A stretch of 64,000 bases of DNA from Octopus sinensis (taxonomy: Eukaryota): contig NC_042998.1 in NCBI RefSeq assembly GCF_006345805.1, forward strand, positions 200,756,001 through 200,820,000, in the 5' to 3' direction. The notes beneath the pieces are model-generated. The model had not been told where the DNA came from, did not search any database, and worked only from the letters and a program-made list of their open reading frames with translations. How positions within the stretch are numbered: the first letter of the stretch is position 1; the number at the start of each line of letters is the position of its first letter. Both the position numbers and the translations under genes were made by a program. This document shows, piece after piece, positions 52,091 through 64,000 of this stretch.

Positions 52091-52482
52091 GCCATGTAAG
52101 CCCGAAAGATAATCTAATATTTACAAACTATTTAATAAATCACTGCTCCTTTAAGAATGTCACCTGGTGTCCCCTATTAACATGCTCGCGATAAGTCGCG
52201 GTAATGTAAGAAAAACTGTTATGGAGTGCACACTAGATCCCTACGTCCATCTCTTTCAAATATTCACCCTTTCTTGATAAGTATCTGTTCATTGACTAGA
52301 TCAAAACATAAATCCAAAAGTCGTCATTTGAAAAATAATTTTATGTCGAAAATTCCAATTAACGGTTACTTGAGTACTGAAGGCAAATATAAATCTTAAA
52401 CAATATTAGAATTGCTTTGTAATTATTACAGGAATAGTCTGAGTGTCACTGTGGTGAAATATTGAAAAACTGCATAATATTA

Positions 52483-52489
<7 letters not shown>

Positions 52490-52522
<33 letters not shown>

Positions 52523-52627
52523 CATATCTATGTGTGTGTTTGTATGTCAGTGCATGCACACACACACACATATATATATATATATGTATACGTATACATA
52601 TATATATATACATATATATTATATATA

Positions 52628-52667
<40 letters not shown>

Positions 52668-52759
52668 TATATACACATATAGGTATATATATAGGCATAT
52701 ATATATATACCTATATATATATATGTATATATATATTTGTATATATATATACATTTATA

Positions 52760-52813
<54 letters not shown>

Positions 52814-52830
52814 AAAAATATTATATTATA
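52490..52830. repeat. Long (TA)n-rich array
   Basis: Directly visible. Confidence 0.95.
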
Positions 52831-53304
52831 TTATATATTTATATGTATGTATGTATAAGAATGTGGTGATGGTGGGAGAGAGAGAGGGATGGAGACAGAG
52901 AGAAAGAAATCGGATATCTTCCACAAGACTAAGGAATATAGGATAAACAGGTGTTTCGAAGCAAAATAATGTTTCAGAATATACACCAGTCTCAGACAAT
53001 GGTTAATTACGTCTGGTTGCGTAAATTAAGGAAGGTATATTGGAAAGCCACACAGCCTTGACTATAATACTAGAATCAATTTTGGCATCAGTGAAGTGAT
53101 AAAAAGTAATATTAATGATTGGCAAACATGAAGTTTTAAAATTATAAAGTATGTTTGCAAAATGTACCCCTACTCACTCCACTGGCCCTTAATATCACTT
53201 CCTTATGATGAAGATATCCATGATGATGGTGATGAGGAAGATGGCGACGTTGGTGAGGAACAAATAAGAAGGTGGGATGTGAAGAAGAAACAGGAGGAGA
53301 AGAA

Positions 53305-53329
53305 ATGGTAGTAGTAGTAGTAGTAGTAT

Positions 53330-53373
<44 letters not shown>

Positions 53374-53420
53374 TCAGTAGTAGTAGTAGTAGTAGCAGCA
53401 GTATTAGTGGTAGTAGTAGG
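53305..53420. repeat. (GTA)n microsatellite
   Basis: Directly visible. Confidence 0.95.
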
Positions 53421-54871
53421 TGGGGGGAGGAAGTGTAGGTGTAGGAGGTGCTAATGACAACGGCGACTAAGATTGAATTCAAACGTCAAGGTACAAAATA
53501 CTATGAAGGTTTTAGAAGCAATCTTATAATAATTCTGCTTGTCATTACGTTACTTAGCCCGTCGGTAACGCGTTCACGTGATAAAAGGTAAAGTAGGAAA
53601 AAAACAAAGAGAAGAGAGTAAGAGATAGTGAGAAAGAAGCATCCATGACATGATGTAGAGTGAATGTAATTGTAAGAGTTTTACGTAATTAGATGGAGGG
53701 AAAGGGAAGAGAATGGAAAAAGGAGAGAGAAAAGAAGGATAAAGCGGAGAATAAACAGGAGGGGAAAAGAAAAAGAGGGAGAAAGAACAAGAATGAAAGA
53801 AAAGTGTCCATGACGTGAGGTAGGAGAAATGTAATATTACGTGGTTAAAAATGTTAAGGATAGAGGAGGAGAGTTAAAAATATTATTTTAGCAGAGGGGG
53901 GATGCTCTGATGGTGAAGTTAAAGAAAGGCAGTAAAAAGAGAGGAGGGAGGGAGAGAAAAAGAGAAGAGGGGAGAGAAAGGGAGGAGGAAGTGGGAGAGG
54001 GAAGAGAGAGATATGATAATGGTGGTGGTGGTGATGGTGAAAGTGGTGCTTCGAATGGAGGTGTTGGTGTTGGTGTTGGTGTTGGTGATTGGATAGGGAA
54101 AGGCGTATTCTTTCGTAATTGATCTGGGGTTTTTTTTTATATCACGTGTCATTTAACACATACAATGAAGTGCAATTCCGTGAAATGTTCACCCTTATTT
54201 AAGTGACAGATACATGCAATTTAACTAAAGGTTATATCATTTGTACGGGATATTTTTTATGCAGAATGAGTAGCAGATGAGTCACTATCCTTCCATACAG
54301 ACTATCAAATGCTACGTTTCCAGATTATTTCGATAAATTTTCAGAAATAGAAACACGTGTTCCCGTATACTTGTTGGCTTGTATACGTGTTGTATCTAAG
54401 GGACTTGAAGTTAATTTAGCAAATACGAAATACCGAATACGTGGGAAAGCAGACAAATCACTAATCAGTTATTATTACTAAGTTTCATTAGCATATTTGC
54501 AAAAGGATTCAGCATCATTGTTGTTTCCAGTCACTTGTTGTTTCCACTCGGTGAAAGAGATCTCCGGGGAACGAAAAAAATGCGTGGACTAGCCAAGACT
54601 TGTTAATTCTATATGGATGGCTCACGAGGACTAATCTTATGTGGATGACAATTGCTTATACTTGCTCCTCAGATTTTGATGAAATCGTTTGTGCCCTGCA
54701 GAGATATGTCCAGGACAAACCATTTATGAATTATATAAGCTTATATGTTTATCTGTCTCAGATATTTCACAGCTACTTGGGTAGCTGCTTCGCTATCAAA
54801 ATGCCTAAATGGCAACCAGCTGTCCATTTCGCAAACAGACACACACATACGCATGCACACGCACACATACA

Positions 54872-54913
<42 letters not shown>

Positions 54914-55034
54914 CGTGTGTGTGTGTTTGTATACATATATACATATACATACATATATAGATACCTATGAATAAGTATATATATAGAGAGAGCGCTCGCT
55001 CGTTGGCGAGAGAGGGGGTAAAAGAAAGTGATTA

Positions 55035-55222
55035 ATAGATAGATGAATGGATAGATAGATAGATACATAGATAGATAGATAGACAGACAGACATACAGCC
55101 AGATAGATAGATAGATGCATAAGTAGGTAGATAGACAGACAGACAGATAGATAGACAAACAGACATACAGACATACAGATAGATAGATAGATAGAGATAG
55201 AGAGAGAGAGAGAGAGAGAGAT
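55035..55222. repeat. (GATA)n/(GACA)n plus (GA)n
   Basis: Directly visible. Confidence 0.95.
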
Positions 55223-55899
55223 AAGATCACATGAAAGTTATGCGTCAGTTTGGAAAGAAGTCGTTTGTCAAGCAAATGTAAAACTATTATCACAACATTA
55301 GTAACTCGACAAGAATTCATCCTTTGCCTAGTCCATCATTATCTCGCATAATATGTTTAACTCCCCTTCAAGACAGCTTTCAAGTCATACATCTGCGAAT
55401 GTTTCAATAGAACAGTTTTAATTCTAGTTCTATAGAAGAGAAAGCAGTGGAAAGTAAATATATTTATCAAAGCTTCGAACGGAAATAGATGTTCATTTCA
55501 TTTAAGAGTATCTAAACAAATTATACTGAAAGAGAAATAAGATTAACTTACACAATAGAAGATATAATATTTATCTCTGCAATCCCGAACAAATTAGGTT
55601 TGTGATTTCTCGAAACTCTTGTGAAGATTGCCGATTTAAATCGGTAACTTTATTATTTGGTATTTCAGTCAACTATGTTGCCTCTATAATTTTGGGTAAA
55701 GAAAAAAAATATTTTGTCTCTCTATAGATCTGAAGCTATTTGCATTACTATTAATTCCATACGGACAATAAACACACTAAAAGATGCACAAACAAAAACG
55801 AAATAGTGTGTCAGATACCTCGGCTCTAAATGAAAACCATCAACGCTTTAGTTGTATTGACTCACACTACATTGCACCCAATTGATCTTTGACAATGAT

Positions 55900-56496
55900 T
55901 CATAAGCAACCAAATATATCATTAAATATATAAAAGAAAACATTTACAAATGCATCTAAAAGCCTTAGCAGACTGGAAGCGTTCTTCCATGTCGGATATT
56001 TGTGCTTAATAACGCTAGGTAGTACAGCATATAGACAGAAAATAAAGAAGAAAATTACCATGGCTCGTGGTATGTGTACATCGTCCCGGATATTGACATG
56101 AAATATAATCTCTTCTGCTGTCCAGTATTCTTTACTGATATTTCCAGATAATGACTTTCTTTTGTGTGTTTGAGTACACGTGATAATTTTGTATAAATAT
56201 GTGCGAACATTATTAGAATCGATACTGAAATATGATTTGTACACTCAGATGACAAATATTATAACTAAGACCTGATCCTTTTTAACAGGAATCATGTTTT
56301 TCCCCGTTTTCGTAATCTTGCAGATCACGTGAAAAAAGATAATTTTAGTGTATTGTATTATAAATAAAAGTGTCATCATCAAGGGGTTATATTTCCTGTA
56401 TTCTGAGTTATAGCATTTCCTGTAAAAACCAAAACATTATAAAGATTTAGGGATCGGAAATAACTTTTCAGTTCTTAAATATCGGTTGGTGACTTC
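55900..56496 (-). pseudogene. Possible decayed class A GPCR (TM3-TM7 region), tentative
   Basis: One frame with only two internal stops over about 198 codons, with NRY, hydrophobic blocks, FCLYAVLP and SSLLRLLDAFVNVFFYIF in GPCR-like order. AT-rich DNA can mimic hydrophobic peptides. Confidence 0.25.
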
Positions 56497-57967
56497 TTAT
56501 GTATGACTAACGACAGGAAATTCTCATTGAATGCATGCATCCTTCCTGGTGGAAGCCGTTATGCAGTTATGTAGAGGCAATTATTCTTCAATCTCTTTCT
56601 TTCCATTCTCCTCCTCTTATTCGCAATAATATATAAGCAGAAACTCTCCTGAAAGAATATTCAGAACAAAAATACAAAGAGAAGGAGAGGGAGGGGGGAT
56701 ATAGAGAGAGAAAGTGAGGAAGAGAGAGGGAGAGAGAGAGAGAGAGAGGAAGAAAGCATGAGGGGGAGGATAGAAATGCTGAGACGGAAAGACAGAGTTA
56801 GAAAGAGAAAACGAAAGAATACAGAACGTGTATGCTCAAGTTTATAATGCACACACCAGATGTAATTGTTCTCTGGTAACTTTTAACATCTTCAAACTAG
56901 TGTCGCTCATATTTTGCATCAAACAATGTCTAATGAATGCATTTGGAACGCAAAGAGTGCTGTGTATGTGTTTGTATATATAAACATGTTAGTATACACA
57001 CATAGACACACACGCATGTAGGTATGTACAAACATACGTACATACATGCATGCATACATACGTACATATGTGTATGCATACATACATGCATACACGCATG
57101 CATGCTGACATATATACATACATACATAAACACATTATCCATGCATGCATATATGCAAGCATACATGCATGCTTACATATATACATACATACGCACATAC
57201 ATTATTCTATCAAGATTACAAGTTTAGTTTTATACCTGTAATTGTCGGGCACTGGGATATGTAACTCACTGTCTAAATACCAATGTTGAGAAATTGGGCT
57301 TCTGGAAACCAGAAAGGAGAAAGCAGACTACAGATGGAAGCCATCAGTGGAACTGTAAAGTATCTGTAAAGCTTTGCAGAAGTTTATAATTTAATTATAT
57401 ACTAGCATGTATATATATGCAAGTATATGAATGAGAAGACATACATAAAATAAAGCCTATAAATCTGCACGTATACATACGTACATTCATACATATACAC
57501 ATACAAAAATGTCCTGTTGATCTTGTTGAAATTCCAATGAAGGACCCTGGAATCTAGTTTAGAAAACGGTTCTTGCTCTCTTGGCAAGAAATCTTGAAAT
57601 AAAACGGAATAATGTCATACACACATGCCTACATACATATATAAATACACGCATACATATATGCATACTCACTCATGCATACATGTATGTACAATATTAC
57701 ATAACGAAGTCCTGTATCCTCGAACGCGGGAGCAGCTTTCGCCGCAGAAATAGTTTTTCCTACCTCCGTTCTAAGACAAAAGTTTAGACGTAGTCTAGTA
57801 CGAGGAGGAATGGATACGAAGCAAAAGAAAAGCAAAGATCCATAGAGCGAACAATTGCACACTGGAGATGAAATAACACGAGAACGGAGCTGAGTGAATA
57901 ATACGATCGCAGAATACTGAAAGCATAAGTTTCACAGACTGGTATCTCAGAGATCAGAAAGTTGCCA

Positions 57968-58183
<216 letters not shown>

Positions 58184-58750
58184 TTAGAGTAAGAGTGTAA
58201 ATGCGAAACAAGTTGGAAAAAGTGTAGTCGAACACCATAGGTAGAGTAATATGCTTTAATAAAAAGCAGCAAGCACATCACAAAAACAGATACTCAATGT
58301 ATCACGTTCCCGTTCGTCGGACAGTTTTGTTTAGAATGGAGCAAGATAAAGTTATATGCAGAAACACAATTACATTCATAGGTGCACATTTGAAAATGGC
58401 TTTGTTTTATTGGTCCTTTCAGCTAACAGTTTTTTCAATAACCGGTTCCTTGAAATAACAAATTCCGGCTTAAAATCATATTATTATAAAAATCGACGAA
58501 GGCCTTAAATCAAAACTAGCTTATAAAAAAACGAAAAGGGCTGACTACCAGAGGTAAATAATTAGCTGCGAATTAATAATTATAGAATTGATAATTAATA
58601 AATTAATAGATATATCCGTTTAAAAATGTTCACGCTAGATCACATATATATTTAGAAATTCATACACATACCAAACAATCTATAAGCTACGTATGTACAA
58701 TAAACATATAGACGCAGGTACATGTCTACATGCACATACAGACCTATATT

Positions 58751-58964
58751 TTCTTTTATCTTTTAATTGTTTCAGTCATTTGACTGCGGCCATGCTGGAG
58801 CACCGCCTTTAATCGAGCAACTCGACCCCGGGACTTATTCTTTTTGTAAGCCTAGTACTTATTCTATCGGTCTCTTTTGCCGGACCGCTAAGTAACGGGG
58901 ACATAAACACACCAACATCGGTTGTCAAGCAATGCTAGGGGGACACACACAGACACACAGACAA

Positions 58965-59004
<40 letters not shown>

Positions 59005-59167
59005 GACAGGCTTCTTTCAGTTTCCGTCTACCAAATCCACTCACAAGGCATTGGTCGGCCCGGGGCTATAGCAGAAGACACTTGCCCAAGATGCCACGCA
59101 GTGGGACTGAACCCGGAACCATGTGGTTGGTTAGCAAGCTACTTACCACACAGCCACTCCTGCGCCT
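58751..59167 (-). mobile_element. SINE family A, full length
   Basis: Collinear with family A. Confidence 0.92.
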
Positions 59168-59602
59168 ATATATGTAAGACAAATTTATTCAAATGCATAT
59201 ATATGTATGCATGCACACATACGCACGCGCACAAAATCTCCTGGTGTGTATTTATACAAGTTAGTTGTTACAGGTGAAAGAAATGGAAATATCAGAGAAT
59301 AATAAGGGGAGGGAGAAAGAAAAAGGGGAACAGAAGAAACAGTAATAAAAGAAGGAGAAGCAGAAAATTAGAGAGGGTAAGTAGAAAATTGATAGAAGTA
59401 GAGAGAGTGAAATGATGGCATTCGAACAGTATCTAAAGAAGGTTAGATACTTTGTTCAGGTTACGAAATGTACGCATATAAAAATGCACACATATAATTA
59501 CATGGGTATCTGCAGAAATATAAATATACATACAATTACACGCACATATACACCGCATACAAATATACAAAGAAATATTTACGCAAATACATTCCCACTT
59601 AT

Positions 59603-60235
59603 TACAGTGTCGAATCTAATCTGTGGAACTGCAACGTCAAAGATAAGACTTGCTTTCCGTTGGAAGGTAAATGTCTTGAGAAAGGAATTGTTTATAGAAC
59701 CAAAGTGCAAGTAGATGGCTCACAAGAATTTAAAACATACTCAGGGGCTTCGAAAAATTCATGCAAGACTCGACTCTGTTCCCACCGAAATTCTTTCCAG
59801 TACCCCGAGAATAGGACAGCGACTAGTCTCGCAAGGACGACTGTCATTCTCTGTCCCAGACACTCTTTGCGAGACTAGTCGCTGTACTATTCTCGGGATA
59901 CTGGAAAGTATTGGGAACAGAGTCGAGTCTTGAATGAATTTTCGAAGCCCTTGTGTATGTTTTATGTTCTTGTGAGCCATCTACTTGCATTTTGGCTCTA
60001 TAAACAATTCCTTTTTCAAGACATTTACCTTCCAACGGAAAGCAAGTCTTATCTTTGAAGTTGCAGTTCCACAGATTAGATTCGGCACTGTAGTTGCTTG
60101 TAATAATTTCCATGTTATGCTGGTTAATAAAAGAGGCGACCTTTTGCAAAAGGAATAGCTAACCTTCAGTGTTCTCATTTTATTGGCTAGATAGAAAATG
60201 TTTAGAAACTAATCTTAAGAATTCCTTACCTATAT
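59603..60235. mobile_element. Penelope-like (Cys-rich linker, Neptune-like) linker/GIY-YIG fragment with an inverted duplication
   Basis: Minus strand IGKEFLRLVSKHF...NTLKVSYS...INQHN...CNFKDKTCFPLEGKCLEKGIVY...TY; 59603-59834 is an inverted copy of 59867-60092. Confidence 0.85.
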
Positions 60236-63133
60236 TAGGAGATAGGTAGATAGATAGATATGAAAGTGGCCCTAAACAGATGATATATGGCCAAAATGTT
60301 CGTGGTAAGCACTCCCCAATAGAAACCAGTACTACGATTTGTAGTTAATGTAACGTCCTCGTTGAAGGTATGTGAAATAGAGAACTTAGGTTTAGAAAGC
60401 AATGTTTGCCATTGCTCCAAACGTAGGCAAAAAAGTGAACATCTAATGGATGTTTTCTAAGAAAAACACTCATTTTCCATGCCAAATTTGATTTCGCTGC
60501 ATGAAAATTCACACATCTTGTATTCATTAATGGGAATTTGGCCAGTAATAACTGCCGCCGTGTATGTTTTTGAAGGGTTGCCCTCCTCAGTCAGTAGCCC
60601 ATTAGTCACAGTTATATGTATAAAGAAAAATATTTGTCTCAGTGGTCAATTTTCTTAATGGTCGGTGATGACCAGGGCGTGTATATGAATATATATTTTG
60701 ATATGTTTCAGCCATGATTAACTCTGGATATATTTAATACATCATTTTTAGCATACCATGGCCCATGCAAAGGACGCAGTTGTTGTTGATGTCTGCAGTA
60801 AATTTAGTTATAATTGGCTTGTCTGATATCCCTTCAAGATATTTCAATATATAACGCTAGAAGTTCACGTTGTCCTTTCTATTATTTTGCAGGGATGACG
60901 TAAAATTGAGCCGGGCGTTATGATGAATATAAGTGTATTTCTATGTGGTTAAGTGTAGTCAACCCTCACAGGCACATGCACATCACACATACCCACACAC
61001 ATAGACATATAAGCACATTTTAATGAAAGTATGAACATTTTCATTTTTAAATTTTCGCCAAAGTGTGATGGCTGGTTTCGTTTCGTACACTAACATAAAT
61101 CTATTCGAGTTCACTTTCTCTAAGAATTCTTATCTTGTTCCACACATGTCTAAATATTCTCGTCATCTATCGTGTATTACATAGTAAATCAAGAATGCGT
61201 CTCTCTTAAAAGCAATACACACAAACACAAAACAGTACATACTTTTGCATGTTTGAGGAAGTATATATGCCTGTGTGTATTTACACTTTTGTTACATGTT
61301 GCTCATACAATCAAATATACATCGCTTCGCACAAACAGAATATATGAAAATAAAGGAAACGCAAAGACAAACGCAATTTCATGGGAAAGAATGTTCCCTC
61401 TTACACTGTTACGTTGGCCAATGAATACTTGCTATTCCATTTGGTCATGAAATTGCAACAGATCAATCATTTCACTGTTTTATTTTTCATGAAAATTTCT
61501 TCGCTGACGTTATGTGGCCATCGTATGAAGTTGTAACAGAACACAAATATAATGGGCAGAGGCAACTTGCTGGGAGGCTGCCAAGTTGTAACGGAACCAA
61601 ACATTGATCGATGTCTCTATACGTCAAAACTGATCATTGAAAGCTATTAACAAAAAGAACGGAGATGGGGGCAATAGCACATGGGGATATTTCACTGCCG
61701 TTTGACACTCTGCACCGGATTCACTTATACTGCTAATATTCTCATCGTTTAGAACTGATCACCACCAATTACTTTCCCTTTCCTCCTCTGCTTCTCCCTC
61801 ACTATTCAATTCTCAATCGCAGTTTTTCTCTCTCTCTTTCTATCTCTTTACCTGCCAGTCTCTCGTTCTCTGTTTCTCTCTCTCTCTCTCTCTCTCAACC
61901 ATCTCATCCATCGTAATTACGAATTCTATTGTCAACGTCAAGATCATCCAGGGAAGCATTATCGGCAGCAATATTCCTATCAGGAAAGTATCTTCAAAAA
62001 GTAGACACTCTGTTCTTTGCAATCAAACAACATCACATATAGGCTTGGAATAATTGATTTTCTAGTATCAAGCGGATGATAAGCGAGCACTGTAGACAAT
62101 CAGAAAGGTTCGATGCGTACTAATTGCTCGATAGAATTCAAGAAGTATTGAATAATATGCACTAAATGCAGGGTAAAGTTATTGTTCTTAGAACATCATA
62201 CATTAGATATATTGATAGAAATATATATATTTTTAAATTATTTATGATACGAGTAAGCCACTAGCTGTTGACCTTTCCCAAGGTCCCCGAGACACGTGGG
62301 ATTTGTGACTTTTTAATTTTCACAGGATAACGTATATATTATGAGTGGATGAAGAAAGCAGTAACTTGGAGAAGCATATTGTCTTCTGACATATCTTCGA
62401 GCTCATTGATGTATTGTGTGTAAATCCGTTAGACGGAACCTGTCGGAAGACCATCGTGAATGTTTGAATGTTTGTTTGTATATATATATATTAATGTGCG
62501 CATGCATGTGTGTATAGACACCATAAATATTAATTCATTTGATTTCATTCAAAGTTGTCATTAACACGGTCTTCATTGAATGCTATAATGTCTTAGAAGA
62601 TCTATACGCCAAAATTTTCCCTATTATATTTATGAATTATTGTAAACAAACTTCCTACGGCTCATCCGGGTTAGATTCGATGCGTGCTTTGGATTTAATT
62701 TGGATCCTATCTGACGCTTAATATGTCAATTTTCAAAAATATAGAAATAAATATCAACTTCTTACTGAGCAATAACAGAGACCCTACGAGAGTCTCTGGT
62801 CACATGCAGCCAAATCTCCGTTATCTTAAAATTTATTACTTAAAGATCGCAGTAATCGTCAGGACATTTAACATGTTCTGTGATTTCCAGAGCTGGGAAA
62901 AGGGTATTTGGAACGATGAAATACGGTTTATTTAGGATAGATAAATAACAGTATTGTTTCAAGTTCAGTAGTATTGCCAAACTTGTTCAAAAAGTTAAGG
63001 CCGTTGCTGAATCTCCTAATAGTAATTCATACAAAGTTTTCTATTTTACTGATACGCATCATTTCACAATATAGTTGTGTGTATTAGTGTGTGTGTGCAT
63101 ATATACTTATGTGTATATGTATATATGTATATA

Positions 63134-63206
<73 letters not shown>

Positions 63207-63214
63207 AGCTATAT

Positions 63215-63409
63215 ATTAGAGATAAACCACTATTATGCAACTCAAACAGTGATAGACATAAACAATACGTAAATAACAAATAATATATACGTTCATAAAA
63301 TATATAACTTATAACTAGATGAGATCTAGTTATAGCGGTTTTATTTCTAATTTATATTTCATATATTTAGACTGTGAAATTTTCCCTGTAAGTTTGGAGT
63401 TATACTCCC

Positions 63410-63410
<1 letters not shown>
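63215..63410. repeat. Longer relative of 18327-18420 with an internal hairpin
   Basis: Shared ends; TATAACTAGAT-GAG-ATCTAGTTATA (63310-63334); the terminal motif recurs inverted at about 63332-63352. Confidence 0.65.
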
Positions 63411-63476
<66 letters not shown>

Positions 63477-63479
<3 letters not shown>

Positions 63480-63770
63480 TAGTTTTAACTTTATAGCGTG
63501 ATCACACTTCACGACCGAGCGCTGCTCGGTGTGCCTTCGGTATGTGCTGTGATTTGTTGTGATGCTCTGATGGTTACTCTATTGAAATTGTTTTGCGTAG
63601 GATGTGTGCAGTGCATAGTAGTGCAATTTTCTGTTTGTTATATGTGTTTGTAAGTCCTGGTGTTTGTGTTATGTAGTTGTCTGAATATTTTTTTATCATG
63701 CCTAATGCACCTACTATGATAGGAATTGTTTCTGTTTTTAGATTCCACATTCTAGTTACCTCTATATCAT
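63477..63770 (-). mobile_element. Second 5'-truncated R4/Dong-type LINE end inside (TAA)n
   Basis: DIEVTRMWNLKTETIPIIVGALGMIKK...QKIALLCTAHILRKTISIE* (stop 63574-63576); (TAT)n on both sides (63411-63476, 63771-63855). Confidence 0.82.
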
Positions 63771-63787
63771 TATTATTATTATTATTA

Positions 63788-63853
<66 letters not shown>

Positions 63854-63877
63854 CATTATTATATATATATATATTAT

Positions 63878-63919
<42 letters not shown>

Positions 63920-64000
63920 TATGTGTACGGATATACGGGCACTCACAGAACCTGAATATGTTCATGGGTTTCGCAATGGGTGTGCATGTTTTTGTGCTTG

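Overview
AT-rich eukaryotic (animal) non-coding DNA, very dense in microsatellites and transposon relics. The SINE, LINE and mariner families look like those of an octopus (coleoid cephalopod) genome; this is recognition from memory, with no database search. I found no recognisable intact host gene, rRNA, tRNA or CRISPR array, and most listed ORFs are microsatellite translation artefacts. Supported content: about 18 tRNA-derived SINE copies of four families, a CR1/L2-group LINE 3' end sharing its tail with the main SINE, two R4/Dong-type LINE ends inserted in (TAA)n, three Penelope-like (PLE) remnants, three Tc1/mariner remnant loci, two non-autonomous Helitrons, one Helentron-type HINE and several foldbacks and local duplications. 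Most notable: (i) a perfect 67-bp-arm palindrome (19934-20073) that encodes a type I hammerhead ribozyme on each strand, plus a dispersed family of short elements with minimal hammerhead-like motifs; (ii) an uninterrupted PLE GIY-YIG endonuclease ORF lacking the Cys-rich linker, with an in-frame candidate upstream exon; (iii) a HINE carrying a copy of DNA from 4.5 kb upstream; (iv) a possible decayed GPCR at 55.9-56.5 kb. Boundaries were read by eye and may be off by a few bases.
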